A DNA stretch of 64,000 bases. It comes from Macrostomum hystrix (Eukaryota > Animalia > Platyhelminthes). Location of the stretch: positions 15,004,001-15,068,000 of the forward strand of contig CATNEN010000001.1 in assembly GCA_950097015.1 (NCBI GenBank), written 5' to 3'. Made by a program: the position numbers and the translations under genes. Below are positions 25,450-40,252 of the stretch, in pieces (the stretch's first letter is position 1; each line of letters starts with the position of its first letter). The notes beneath the pieces were generated by a model. The model had not been told where the DNA came from, made no database searches, and was given only the letters and a program-made list of their open reading frames with translations.

Positions 25450-28310
25450 AGTCTGTCTGTCTACTTCTCTCTCTACCCTCACAGCCTGTCTACTTCTCTC
25501 TCTACCCTCAAGGTCTGTCTACTTCTCTCTCCACCCTACAGTCTGTCTACTTCTCTCTCTACTTACTCCTTTTCTCCCTACTCTCATAGTCTGTCTACTT
25601 CTCTCTCTACCCTCACAATCTGTCTACTTCTCTCTCTCTACCCTCACAGTCTGTCTACTTCTCTCTCTACCCTCACAGTCTGTCTACTTCTCTCTCTACC
25701 CTTACAGTCTGTCTACTTCTTTCCCTACCCTCACAGTCTGTCTACTTCTCTCTCTCCACCCTCACAATCTGTCTACTTCTCTCTCTACCCTCACAGTCTG
25801 TCTACTTCTCTCTCTACCCTCACAATCTGTCTACTTCTCTCTCTACCCTCACAGCCTGTCTACTTGTCTCTCTACCCTCACAGCCTGTCTACTTCTCTCT
25901 CTCTACCCTCACAGCCTGTCTACTTCTCTCTCTACCCTCACAGCCTGTCTACTTCTCTCCCCACCCTTACAGTCTGTCTACTTCTCTCCCCACCCTCACA
26001 GCCTGTCTACTTCTCTCTCTACCCTCACAATCTGTCTACTTCTCTCTCTACCCTCACAGCCTGTCTACTTCTCTCTCTACCCTCACAGCCTGTCTACTTC
26101 TCTCTCTCTACCCTCACAGTCTGTCTACCTCTCTCTCTACCCTCACAGCCTATCTACTTCTCTCTCTCTACCCTCACAGCCTGTCTACTTCTCTCTCTCT
26201 ACCCTCACAATCTGTCTACTTCTCTCTCTACCCTCACAGCCTGTCTACTTCTCTCTCTCTACCCTCACAGTCTACCCTCACAGTCTGTCTACTTCTCTCT
26301 CTCTCTACCCTCACAGCCTGTCTACTTCTCTCTCTCTACCCTCACAGTCTACCCTCACAGTCTGTCTACTTCTCTCTCTCTACCCTCACAGCCTGTCTAC
26401 TTCTCTCTCTCTCTACCCTCACAGTCTGTCTACTTCTCTCTCTCTACCCTCACAGTCTGTCTACTTCTCTCTCTACCCTCACAGTCTGTCTACTTCTCTC
26501 TCTCTACCCTCACAGTCTGTCTACTTCTCTCTCTACCCTCACAGTCTGTCTACTTCTCTCTCTCTCTACCCTCACAGTCTGTCTACTTCTCTCTCTACCC
26601 TCACAGTCTGTCTACTTCTCTCCCCACCCTTACAGTCTGTCTACTTCTTTCCCTACCCTCACAGTCTGTCTACTTCTTTCTCTCCACCCTCACAATCTGT
26701 CTACTTCTCTCTCTACCCTCACAGTCTGTCTACTTCTCTCTCTACCCTCACAATCTGTCTACTTCTCTCTCTACCCTCACAGCCTGTCTACTTGTCTCTC
26801 TACCCTCACAGCCTGTCTACTTCTCTCTCTCTACCCTCACAGCCTGTCTACTTCTCTCTCTACCCTCACAGCCTGTCTACTTCTCTCCCCACCCTTACAG
26901 TCTGTCTACTTCTCTCCCCACCCTCACAGCCTGTCTACTTCTCTCTCTACCCTCACAATCTGTCTACTTCTCTCTCTACCCTCACAGCCTGTCTACTTCT
27001 CTCTCTACCCTCACAGCCTGTCTACTTCTCTCTCTCTACCCTCACAGTCTGTCTACCTCTCTCTCTACCCTCACAGCCTATCTACTTCTCTCTCTACCCT
27101 CACAGCCTGTCTACTTCTCTCTCTCTACCCTCACAATCTGTCTACTTCTCTCTCTACCCTCACAGCCTGTCTACTTCTCTCTCTCTACCCTCACAGTCTA
27201 CCCTCACAGTCTGTCTACTTCTCTCTCTCTCTACCCTCACAGCCTGTCTACTTCTCTCTCTCTACCCTCACAGTCTACCCTCACAGTCTGTCTACTTCTC
27301 TCTACCCTCACAGCCTGTCTACTTCTCTCTCTCTACCCTCACAGTCTGTCTACTTCTCTCTCTACCCTCACAGTCTGTCTACTTCTCTCTCTCTACCCTC
27401 ACAGTCTGTCTACTTCTCTCTCTACCCTCACAGTCTGTCTACTTCTTTCCCTACCCTCACAGTCTGTCTACTTCTCTCTCACCACCCTCACAATCTGTCT
27501 ACTTCTCTCTCTACCCTCACAGTCTGTCTACTTCTCTCTCTACCCTCACAATCTGTCTACTTCTCTCTCTACCCTCACAGCCTGTCTACTTGTCTCTCTA
27601 CCCTCACAGCCTGTCTACTTCTCTCTCTCTACCCTCACAGCCTGTCTACTTCTCTCTCTACCCTCACAGCCTGTCTACTTCTCTCCCCACCCTTACAGTC
27701 TGTCTACTTCTCTCCCTACCCTCACAGCCTGTCTACTTCTCTCTCTACCCTCACAATCTATCTACTTCTCTCTCTACCCTCACAGCCTGTCTACTTCTCT
27801 CTCTACCCTCACAGCCTGTCTACTTCTCTCTCTCTACCCTCACAGTCTGTCTACCTCTCTCTCTACCCTCACAGCCTATCTACTTCTCTCTCTCTACCCT
27901 CACAGCCTGTCTACTTCTCTCTCTCTACCCTCACAATCTGTCTACTTCTCTCTCTACCCTCACAGCCTGTCTACTTCTCTCTCTCTACCCTCACAGTCTA
28001 CCCTCACAGTCTGTCTACTTCTCTCTCTCTCTACCCTCACAGCCTGTCTACTTCTCTCTCTCTACCCTCACAGTCTACCCTCACAGTCTGTCTACTTCTC
28101 TCTCTCTACCCTCACAGCCTGTCTACTTCTCTCTCTCTCTACCCTCACAGTCTGTCTACTTCTCTCTCTCTACCCTCACAGTCTGTCTACTTCTCTCTCT
28201 ACCCTCACAGTCTGTCTACTTCTCTCTCTCTACCCTCACAGTCTGTCTACTTCTCTCTCTACCCTCACAGTCTGTCTACTTCTCTCTCTACCCTCACAGC
28301 CTGTCTACTT
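25450..28310. repeat. ~29-bp minisatellite TCTGTCTACTTCTCTCTCTACCCTCACAG
   Basis: About 95 copies with a variable (CT)n tract. Confidence 0.95.
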
Positions 28311-28614
28311 GTTTGTTTGGTAGTTTGCCAGATTAAAAGCTAAAACATTTTCATGCGCTATCGAAATGTTCAAGATTAAAAATCATCTGAAAATAAACTT
28401 TGCTGGTTAATGCGTAAGACAAACAAATGTCGCATTTCCAAATTTTACTACGACTGAAAGTCACTGGTGCGAATGAAAACTCAATCGCAACAATCGTTAG
28501 CATTTTTTCAAATTCTGCTTTTATTCGCACCCAGTGCAATGCAACTGCAGAATACTGCTTGCCACGATTATTAACTGATTTCTTCTATGCAATAGCAATC
28601 GATGATTTTGGTCA

Positions 28615-29280
<666 letters not shown>

Positions 29281-29915
29281 TTATCATCTTCGTCAGGGCG
29301 AAGGGGAGAAAGGGGAGCGGATGCATAGAGTTCCTATAATTGGGTATTTCGCATAATATTAGTACATGATTAGTTCTAAAAGCAAAGCTAACAGCCACCT
29401 AGCCAGCTAAACATGCATGTAAATGGCATTGCACGGCATAAGGCTAGGTCAGCTAATTAGTGATCAGTCGGGATCCGCTGGGAGCTAGATCTTAACCGGT
29501 AGATTTATGTCAGAAAAATGCCTCAACATCCGGGTGATTTAGTCGCTGCAGCACCACCCCACACCCAGAAGCCTGTCATCACTGCCCATAGATGCTTATA
29601 GGCCAGGCATGCTTGTCTCCATGCTGTCAGAAACACCCGCCATGCAGTGCCTGCCTGCCTGCCTGCCTGTTCCAAATAGGGTGTCGACTTGTTGAAGTTA
29701 ATTGGCCAGAATATAATTAGCTAAATAGGAATATAGCTTTGCTTTTTGTAGCTGTTCTATGGGCCCAACAACGCGAAGTTAATTAACTAGATAGATTGTA
29801 AACTTATTCTTCTATGAAAATTGATATGACTAGACAATTTACGATCGCTCGTAGATAAACCATATAATAACTCTCTTTGTGCACTTCTGCAATACATTCC
29901 GGCAACCTTCCCGCC

Positions 29916-30246
29916 GTCTGTCTACTTCTCTCTCTACTGTCCCTGTCTGTCTACTTCTCTCTCTACTGTCCCTGTCTGTCTACTTCTCTCTCTACTGTCC
30001 CTGTCTGTCTACTTCTCTCTCTACTGTCCTGTCTGTCTACTTCTCTCTCTACTGTCCCTGTCTGTCTACTTCTCTCTCTACTGTCCCTGTCTGTCTACTT
30101 CTCTCTCTACTGTCCCTGTCTGTCTACTTCTCTCTCTACTGTCCCTGTCTGTCTACTTCTCTCTCTACTGTCCCTGTCTGTCTACTTCTCCATATACTCT
30201 CCGTGTCTGTCTACTTCTCCATATACTCTCCCAGTCTGTCTACTTC
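29916..30246. repeat. 29-bp minisatellite TCTGTCTACTTCTCTCTCTACTGTCCCTG, related to 25450-28310
   Basis: Shares its first 21 nt with the 25450 unit. Confidence 0.9.
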
Positions 30247-31496
30247 TTTGTCCTATATTTTAGCCTGTTTGCATTGAAAGAAACAAAGCACAGACATGGT
30301 CATAGTTTATGTTATTACTGTTTCAAGTAGTACGAGCGAATAGGTAAGCCGTTCAATAATTGTATTGAAAATTAAAGCAGGTTTAAAATATTTATCTGTA
30401 CTGAATGTTTATATTAATAGGTACTTTCTGGCACAAGTCGGTAAACATTTTAGACATGTGACAGCCAATTTGTCCTTTAGGATCTTTTAATTCTTAGATT
30501 AATGAGTTCGCCGAAGAATAAATAAAAAAAAATTGCTTTCATACTATGAACTTCATAAGTGTTCATTATAATAACAATATATATGAAATAGTCTCATCAC
30601 CAAAACAGCTCAGATTAATCACCGTTGGTTGATAAGCTCAGATTAATGATGAGTTTTGTTTGAATAAAGGGTGACATTTTGATTACGCCAACTCGAATGA
30701 ATGAAATTTACACGAAGAATATAACTGTTATAAGGAAAAATAATAGTAAAAATTAACGACCAAGCAAAATCTATGTGCAAATTTGTGTTTACTGTGCACT
30801 TAAAAGATTTTAAATAGCGTAAAAAACATAAGTTGTAAAGATTTTAAAACCTTTTCGCGACTAATGTGACGTTTATTCGATTATGATTTACATAATATTT
30901 ATAACAAAATAATTTCAATCGCCAATCTGCTTGGAATGACCAATTTAACGGAATTTTATGAACAAATATTTAATTTAAAGTAGTAGGTAAATGGTATCTG
31001 CAAAAGTACACTTGGTGAAACGAAAAACAACGCAAATATACAGATTAACCAAACACCGAAAATAATTATACATATTTTATATCTAACTAATAATAAAAAA
31101 TAACGTTCTTTAAATACTGAAAATAAGGAAAAAATTATTACATAAAAATATACCACAGAAATAGCAAAACATAATGATAATTTGTCTTAGTCACTTGAAC
31201 AAACAAATTGAACTCATAAAACATTGCATAATGAGAATATTAGCTTGTACGTACTACGAAACTAGATAAATGCAGAAAATCACATGACATTTCACACAGC
31301 TGAGGTTATTAACTTAAAATTAGAAAATTTTGTTTAAATTTAGTTATAGTCAATCTAATTTGAAAAGGAATATCTATTTTTGTAATCAACAGTGCAAAAA
31401 TGTGTGTACTTCTTATGTAGTCTTCTGACGACTACTTAAATAAAATTTGCGAGCTGGGAAAAAACTGTTTTTGTGTTCAATTCATCTTCAAATATA

Positions 31497-34400
31497 TTAC
31501 TTTCCACAACAACCTTTCTTCTTTTCAATATCGGCACTGATTCTTATGGCGTTCTTCAATTCGCGGTCCTCTCGCTCGCGAAGGACGCTGAAATGTTTTT
31601 GCATCAGCGTTGTCGTGAACAGTCGTTACGAAAAATCCGGAAATAATTAACCAAACGTATTTCGCGCTATAGACGTCAGTACTACGAGCTATAATAATCA
31701 ACAATAATAGCTGACATGGCAAGCTGATGAAATTTTGTAGAAGAATTATGCCCATATTGGGGTTTTTTCACAAGACAAGCCTACGATAATTGTTGAATAT
31801 CTTAAAGTTGCAGATTATTTTTATTCTTGACGTTGTTTCATCGGATCTTGGTAGTCAAGAATTTACTATTCTAAATATTTAAAAGTTCGCATACGCTCGT
31901 ATGCTTGATTTATCCATGATTGATCACACTCCCAGAAGGTATTTACCTGGCAAAGGCGTGGAAGGCCTCGTTGATGCTCGAGCCGCTCTTGGCGCTGACC
32001 TCGAAGAACAGGGCGTCGAATTCGTCAGACAGCTGACTGCCGCTCTTCTTGTCCACAATGTTCTGCTCCCCGGTGGAGCCGTCAACTGCGCCCACCAGGT
32101 CGACCTTGTTGCCAAGCACCATCTTGACGGCTCCGTCTTCGGCGCCCTCTACCACCGATTCCATCCACTCCCTCAGGTGCAGATAGGTGATGGAGTTGGT
32201 GACGTCATACACGATGACGATACCGTCAGCTTTGCGGAAGTACTGCTTTGTGATGCTGCGAAATCTGTTATTATATTGGAGAATGATTTGGTGTGAGTAT
32301 AAGCCTGTGTCAATTAACTCGTCTCTCTGTCTATGGTCTCACCTCTCCTGGCCGGCCGTGTCCCACAGCTGCAGCGCAATCACCTGCTCCTCGACGCACA
32401 TTGTTTTGATTTGAAAGTCGATGCCAATCGTAGCTGAGAAGGTCGACTTGAATGCGTTCTGACAGAATCTATGAATGATGGAACTCTTGCCAACACCGGA
32501 GTCGCCAACGAAAACAACTTTAAAGATGCGCTCTGGGGTCTTGCCCGACTGCGAAAATTAGTTGAAAAAACCTTAAGTTGTCATTTTCATCTACAAGACA
32601 ATATTTGAGCCACTATTCTCACCAGCATCGAGGCCTCTCCGCTAGTCGCCCCAGTGGTGGCAACCGAGCACGCATCGTCGTCTCCGGCTCCTTCTGGCGA
32701 TGGTCGATCACTGGCTGCTGTCGCGTCGACCCCGTTGGCTGCAGAGCTGCTTCGATTGTTTTTAGAGCAACGTGTGAGAAGCAAGTTAACAAATTATATT
32801 TGTGGCAACGGCGTCTAGTATCACTCTTGTCAGCCAAGTCAAGAACAAAATCAATCACATTGAGACTCCTAATTCCACGCAGTAGCAGCCACTGCCATAG
32901 AACTATTAATAAACCAAGCTTAAGATAATACGTTGACAAAAGTACGAGCTAAGCCAGTGTTTTTAGTTTTAGTGGTAGAGGAGAACTTAAGTTTATTATC
33001 CAAAATGGGGTCGGAACTACTAGTCCTGCATACTAATTTTGAGGGGCTACTTGCTACTCTAATATACTAATTTCGACTTGCGAGATGAAGTTCATAAATT
33101 CTATTTGTCGAGGTACTTACTCTTTCAGCAGAGTGGCAGCAACTGGTGGTGTCGGAATCTCAATTTCGTCAGTCTGTATTTCGATCTCGCACTTCGGTAC
33201 CGGAGGCAGCACAACCGGCGGCGGTGTTGGCGGCGGTGTCGGGTGTCGACTGGGACACGGCGTCATCATTGTGGCCGTCTCTGAGGTTTCCTTCGGTGGC
33301 GCTCGTGGCTGCGGTGGCGCTAGATTTAACGGCCGGAAGGACTCAGACTCAATGGTCTCGTAGACAATCGGGCTGCCGCCGCCACTTCTGCCGGCGCCAA
33401 AACCGCCGCCGAAACCGCCAACGGCGCCGCCGTCGTAGTCGAATTCACAGTCGTCCTCGTCGCCATCCATGATGTCGGCCAAGGTTTCGCCGCTGAAGGG
33501 TACAGGTGTTTAGTTGTAGCAGTTTATACCAAGGGGAGATTCACCTGACGTTTTGTGTTCTCTTGACAGTTTGGACCCAACGAAGATGCTCATGAATTTC
33601 TTTAATCTCAATCACAATACCCCGCTACTGTTTAAAGAAAATGATTTGCCTAGTTTAGCCTACCCGACAATGACAGCCGAGGCCGGGTCCAAACCCTGCA
33701 GCGACTCCTGCCGGTTGAAAGCCTTCGCGTTGCCGGCACCAGTCGGGCTCTCCTTCTGGCTGCCACCAGCGCCACCAGAGCCGTTGCCGCCGTCGCCAGC
33801 CTCGCGAAAGTGGACAATCTCGCCGAATCCGGTGTCCCTATCGCCGGCGTCCAAACTTCCTGACATGTCGGACTCGTCCTTCAGCTTCTTGTTGACATCG
33901 CGGAGGGTGTCCAGTTGACGCACCAGAGTCTCCCGCTCCAGGGCGATGCCTTCGCTGAGCGCGATAGCGGCCTGGGCGCGCTTTCGCCTGTCATCTTTGA
34001 ACTTCTTCTGCAGCTCCTCCACGTAGGACTGAGACTCCTCCAGCGCTTCGCGAGATTCAGACAGTTCCTCTTCCAGTGCGTCGCGTTCCTTGGCCAGGCG
34101 CTCGTTCTCCTGAGCAGTCTCAGCCTGTACCTGGTTCAACTCGTCCAAGCGCTGCTGAAGCTGGAGAAACAGATGAGATTGTTGGGAAATTTGAGATGGG
34201 ATAAATAGGAAATCGGAAAAAAGTAAATTTGAGCTGGGATTTCGGCAAGGTCAAGGAGCCCTCACTTTCTCGTGGTTCTTCATGAGCTCATGGCACAGCT
34301 TCTCCTTTTCGCGAATCTCTCTCTCCATCTCCTCCCTGATCTGCTTTTCCCTGGCTCTCTCCTCGGCCAGAACTTTGGCCCGCTCGGCCCTGATCTGGGT

Positions 34401-37400
34401 CTCCATCTCTTCGTACAGTTTTCTGACCTCGTCGTCGTGGGCTGAAGATTTCCTGGAAAACCATCGGAAAGGCTCTCCGATTTTAATTGCTGCAGGATAG
34501 AAACACAGTAAAAATGCAAGCTATACTACTTACGTCCGGAGAACTTTCTCCAAATTCTTGTAGCTCTCCTGACTTTTCTGAATCTCCGTTGTCATCTTGG
34601 TTAGCAGAGACTCGAGTCCTGGCACCAGTTCAGGGTACTCTCTCTGCAGTCGGCCCCACAATTCCTTCACACTGTCCTCTCTGAGAAAGAAGAGTCAAGA
34701 AATTTTGTATAATGACGTATTTAAATCATTTTTATCATACTACTGACTACTGAGGTTTCTGTTAGTAGTGTAGCACGAGTTTTAAAAGACAAGATTATAA
34801 TCGAACCAAAGGTTGTTTTATTTTAGATTTTATGTGATCAAAACCAAGATATTTGATTTTTGGCGTCAAAAATGTCATCACCGTAATCAATAAATTAATC
34901 AAATCATAAATCATAGATGTGTCATGAAGATGTTGTTCAAAGAATAAGTGTAGCTTAACCTTCGAATCCTTGAATATTTTGTTAAAACCAAGTCAAAGCA
35001 TCACGCATACCACACTAAAAACTATGTAAATATTATTGATAAATTAGAATGATGATGATGTGTGAGTTTGTCAAGTTACCCAAAAGTGCGAGTATCGGTG
35101 TGATCCCTTTTAATAAAAGAAGCATGAAAAAAACAAATTTATATTTGTTTATTTGTCTAAAAAATGGTGGAACAATGTTAAACGAGCTAGTAATCGTTAT
35201 GCTTTTTACGAGGCAATTTTAAAAGTTTTATAATTAAAAGTAATTTTCAAGAAAAGGCATTAAACTTAACTTTGTCCTTTAACGTAACTAAGCGAAGAAA
35301 TTGTCCTGTGTGCAAATACTAAGCTAAACAGTTCATAAATATGTGCTACAAAAATCACAGCATTAAAACTAAAGCATAATTTCGTGTCAAATAAAAGTTT
35401 TAGAAAAACTTTTTTCAAGCGAATATTTATCGACAGCAGTGCAAAAGAGCTAATTGAATAGCTATATGAAAATAGAGTGATGAGACAGAGACCGATGCAA
35501 TGGGAGATGACGGATGGGAGATGGGACAGTGGGATTTAGGAGACTGGGGATGGGAGATGGGAGACTGGAAGATGGGAGATGGGGGAGAGGGAGATGGGGG
35601 AGAGGGAGATGGGAGAGAGGGAGATGGGGGAGAGGGAGATGGGGGAGAGGGAGATGGGGGAGAGGGAGATGGGGGAGAGGGAGATGGGGGAGAGGTAGAT
35701 GGCGGAGAGGGAGATGGGGGAGAGGGAGATGGGGGAGAGGGAGATGGGGGAGAGGTAGATGGCGGAGAGGGAGATGGGGGAGAGGGAGATGGGGGAGAGG
35801 GAGATGGGGGAGAGGGAGATGGGGGAGAGGTAGATGGGGGAGAGGGAGATGGGGGAGAGGGAGATGGGGGAGAGGGAGATGGGGGAGAGGGAGATGGGGG
35901 ATAGACAGATGGGAGAGAGGGAGATGGAAAATGGGAGATGGGAGATGAAAGAGTGGGAGATCAGAGAGATTGTAACTAACGATAATGATACGCAATGCCA
36001 GGCGTTGTAAAGCCATATGTAGAACAGTGTGCGCAGCCTCTATAAGCATACTAAAGGCAAGCATAATTACTTGTCGTAACACAGAATATCATTAAGTCAT
36101 TGTGCTACCAAAGCACCACTTTAACAGGTCGATTTTTCAAACCAAAAATAAAAATATAAATTTTAATATGACGCTGGATTATACATTTTTGTCGGTTTAG
36201 GCAATATTTTTAGTACCGAGGACACAGCAAATCACTAGACTTACCTGATTGTTTGTCTGAAATTAAATTATTATCATTTTGACACATTAACATCGCACTG
36301 TTGTTAGTAAATGATGGATCAATGATGGATTTTTGTTGAAATTGTTTTATTTGTGCACAACTTTGGACTGTCACCAAGAAGAATGCAAAACTAAAATAAC
36401 TGCAATTTAGGAAACTTTAGTTTTGGATCTAGTCTCATTGGATCTAGTCTCATTGGATCTAGTCTCATTGGATCTAGTCTCAATGGATCTAGTCTCATTG
36501 GACCTAGTCTCAATGGATCTAGTCTCAATGGATCTAGTCTCATTGGATCTAGTCTCAATGGATCTAGTCTCAGTGGATCTAGTCTCATTGGATCTAGTCT
36601 CATTGGATCTAGTCTCATTGGATCTAGTCTCAATGGATCTAGTCTCAATGGATCTAGTCTCAATGGATCTAGTCTCAATGGATCAAGTCTCACTGGATCT
36701 AGTCTCATTAGATCTAGTCTCACTGGATCTAGTCTCAATGGATCTAGTCTCAGTGGATCTAGTCTCATTAGATCTAGTCTCACTGGATCTAGTCTCAATG
36801 GATCTAGTCTCAATGGATCTAGTCTCGATGGATTTAGTCTCGATGGATCTAGTCACATTGGATCTAGTCACATTGGATCTAGTCTCATGGGATCTAGTCT
36901 CATGGGATCTAGTCTCATGGGATCAAGTCTCAATGGATCTAGTCTCAATGGATCTAGTCTCAATGGATCTAGTCTCAATGGATCAAGTCTCACTGGATCT
37001 AGTCTCAATGGGTCTCATTGGATCTAGTCTCAATGGATCTAGTCTCAGTGGATCTAGTCTCATTAGATCTAGTCTCCCTGGATCTAGTCTCAATGGATCT
37101 AGTCTCGATGGATCTAGTCTCGATGGATTTAGTCTCGATGGATCTAGTCACATTGGATCTAGTCACATTGGATCTAGTCTCATGGGATCTAGTCTCATGG
37201 GATCTAGTCTCATGGGATCTAGTCTCATGGGATCTAGTCTCATATATATCAGTTCGCAGATCAAGGGAAGGCATCAAATGTGATTGCTCACTCTTCAAAG
37301 ACTCCCGCAGCTCCCAGCTTCTCCATGGTCTGATGAAAATGTTCGTCTTCTTCCACACTGTAGCCGTCATCGTCTGGCAAGTCGCTGTGGCGACCTCCGC

Positions 37401-38214
37401 CGGCCATGCCGCGTCTATTGACGCCGCCGACTCGCCTGCCTTCCTCGATGTACTCGCCGTCTGCCTGGCCTCCTGCCGAGGCGCTACCGTCACCGCCCCC
37501 GCTGTCACCGGATGGCAGCCCCATGAATGCGCCTGTGTGAGTGGGCGAGTGAGTGAGTGAGCAGTCAGTGAGCAGCCAGTGAGCAGTCAGTGAGCAGTCA
37601 GTGAGCAGTCAGTGAGCAGTCAGTGAGCAGTCAGTGAGCAGTGAGCAGTGAGCAGTCAGTGAGCAGTCAGTGAGCAGTGAGTAGTCAGTGAGCAGTCAGT
37701 GAGCAGCCAGTGAGCAGTCAGTGAGCAGTGAGCAGTGAGCAGTCAGTGAGCAGTCAGTGAGCAGTCAGTGAGCAGCCAGTGAGCAGTCAGTGAGCAGTGA
37801 GCAGTGAGCAGTCAGTGAGCAGTCAGTGAGCAGTGAGTAGTCAGTGAGCAGTCAGTGAGCAGTCAGTGAGCAGTCAGTGAGAAGTCAGTGAGCAGTCAGT
37901 GAGCAGTCAGTGAGCAGTGAGTAGTCAGTGAGCAGCCAGTGAGCAGTCAGTGAGCAGTCAGTGAGCAGTCAGTGAGCAGTCACTGAGCAGTCCTCACCAA
38001 ATCCTCCAGTGAACTCCTCCAAGGTGAGGTAGCCGTTGCCGTCATCGTCCAGAGTGTCAAAGACGCTCTCAATCTGGTCGGGATCGAGCGGCAGGACACC
38101 GCTGAGTCGTTGCATATCCCTCTTGGTGATGAATCCCTTCTGCTCGATGTCGCATACATCAAACAGCTCCTTGGCCTTCTCAGCCAACATAGCCTGCAGC
38201 TCTGCGTTGGACAT
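31497..38214 (-). CDS. CRACR2A: Large Rab with EF-hands, coiled coil and Pro-rich region (CRACR2A/Rab46, RASEF/Rab45 family). Exons 38214-37998, 37532-37292, 34680-34534, 34452-34266, 34160-33664, 33492-33121, 32746-32623, 32548-32343, 32264-31947, 31587-31497
   Basis: EF-hands [46 protein letters not shown]; coiled coil [20 protein letters not shown]; PTPPPTPPP; Rab motifs [46 protein letters not shown]; C-terminal KKKGCCGK* prenylation motif. All introns are GT-AG and phase-consistent; the 32747 acceptor is the least certain. Confidence 0.9.
35500..35960. repeat. 15-bp G-rich minisatellite GGGGGAGAGGGAGAT
   Basis: Direct copies; the reverse complement resembles the 23400 subunits. Confidence 0.9.
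36424..37242. repeat. 15-bp minisatellite GGATCTAGTCTCA(A/T)T
   Basis: About 54 copies. Confidence 0.95.
37548..37992. repeat. 11-bp minisatellite GAGCAGTCAGT filling CRACR2A intron 1
   Basis: The intron spans 37533-37997 and is almost entirely repeat. Confidence 0.95.
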
Positions 38215-38977
38215 GTCTGCTCAATCAACTGGTTGTACACCTGTATTGAGACCCTTTAGAGACGATTCAAAATAACTTCTATTTTATGAGATTTGTCGGA
38301 ATAAAATCAATTCCGGAATTGTTATAATAATCAGTCCAAATCTGAACCCACCCAGTGTTGCTGTGGGGTTTCGGTAGCTCTGTGTATTTTACTTCTTACT
38401 TTCTTCACGTCTTTAGGCGAGAAAGAGAGAGAGAGCTGAGAGCTGAGAAAAAATCGATAACTGTTCAATCGGTTCAAAATTCCTTAGCTCTACGCCCATT
38501 GTACTCAGAGCCTGAACAAACAATGTGTTTCTCTGTACTGCTCAAATCTAATCTAGGCAAGAAAAATAACTAGGGAATTTTTTACGGAAAAATCCTTCCA
38601 ATTTTGGTTCCCCCTCTGACTACGGGCGCCTAAAAATTATTGATTAGAACGAATCGGTTCTAATCCGACAGACAGACAGACAGACAGACAATTCACTCTA
38701 TGTACATACCTACCAACAGCACATTCTGCAGTTAAAAAGTGAAAGAAATCCAAAAAAATCAAAGTTGGCATTGATTGGAACTACAGGCAGACAAAAACTT
38801 CCTCTTCTATTCGGCTCTGGGGTGGAACAAGATTTTCTTGCCGGTGTCAACATGAGGAAATTGTGGAAAATAAAATTGGGATCTATATCTGACAGTTCAC
38901 TGTCACGCCGGTTAGGCCACTTTTTAGACGCAAGCGTAGAATTTAAGGGACCAACGTGTGGGACTTGTCGCTTGACT

Positions 38978-40252
38978 TGAGGATCTGAGGGTACTCACAA
39001 CCTGAGGATCTGGGGTACTCAACCCGAGGATCTGGGTGTACTCAACCCGAGGATCTGAGGTACTCAACCCGAGGATCTGGGTGTACTCAACCCGAGGATC
39101 TGGGGTACTCAACCCGAGGATCTGGGTGTACTCAACCTGAGGATCTGGGGTACTCAACCCGAGGATCTGGGTGTACTCAACCCGAGGATCTGGGGTACTC
39201 AACCCGAGGATCTGGGGTACTCAACCCGAGGATCTGGGTGTACTCAACCTGAGGATCTGGGGTACTCAACCCGAGGATCTGGGTGTACTCAACCTGAGGA
39301 TCTGACTCAACCCAAGGATCTGGGGGTACTCAAACTGAAGATCTGAGGGTACTCAACCTGAAGATCTGAGGGTACTCAACCCGAGAATCTGGGGGTACTC
39401 AAGCTGAGGATCTGAGGGCACTCAACCCGAGGATCTGGGGGTACTCAACCCGAGGATCTGGGTGTACTCAACCCGAGGATCTGGGGGTACTCAACCCGAG
39501 GATCTGGGGTACTCAACCCGAGGATCTGGGGTACTCAACCCGAGGATCTGGGTGTACTCAACCCGAGGATCTGGGGTACTCAACCCGAGGATCTGGGTGT
39601 ACTCAACCCGAGGATCTGGGGTACTCAACCCGAGGATCTGGGTGTACTCAACCCGAGGATCTGGGGTACTCAACCCGAGGATCTGGGTGTACTCAACCTG
39701 AGGATCTGGGGTACTCAACCCGAGGATCTGGGTGTACTCAACCTGAGGATCTGACTCAACCCAAGGATCTGGGGGTACTCAAACTGAAGATCTGAGGGTA
39801 CTCAACCTGAAGATCTGAGGGTACTCAACCCGAGAATCTGGGGGTACTCAAGCTGAGGATCTGAGGGCACTCAACCCGAGGATCTGGGGGTACTCAACCC
39901 GAGGATCTGGGGGTACTCAACCCGAGGATCTGGGTGTACTCAACCTGAGGATCTGGGGTACTCAACCCGAGGATCTGGGTGTACTCAACCTGAGGATCTG
40001 GGGGTACTCAACCTGAGGATCTGGGGGTACTCAAACTAAGGATCTGAAGTTACTCAAACTGAGGATCTGGGGTACTCAACCCGAGGATCTGGGGGTACTC
40101 AACCTGAGGATCTGGGGGTACTCAAACTAAGGATCTGAAGTTACTCAAACTGAGGATCTGGGGTACTCAACCCGAGGATCTGGGTGTACTCAACCTGAGG
40201 ATCTGGGGGTACTCAACCTGAGGATCTGGGGGTACTCAAGCTGAGGATCTGA
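38978..40252. repeat. 22-23-bp minisatellite GAGGATCTGGG(G/TG)TACTCAACCC
   Basis: Direct copies with a duplicated ~450-bp variant block. Confidence 0.95.

Noticed and set aside
25436-28336. 966 aa and 819 aa ORFs
   Set aside because: Products of the 29-bp pyrimidine-rich repeat.
31901-34148. Plus-strand ORFs overlapping CRACR2A exons (similarly 43388-45355 over ARHGAP39)
   Set aside because: Antisense shadows of GC-rich coding exons.
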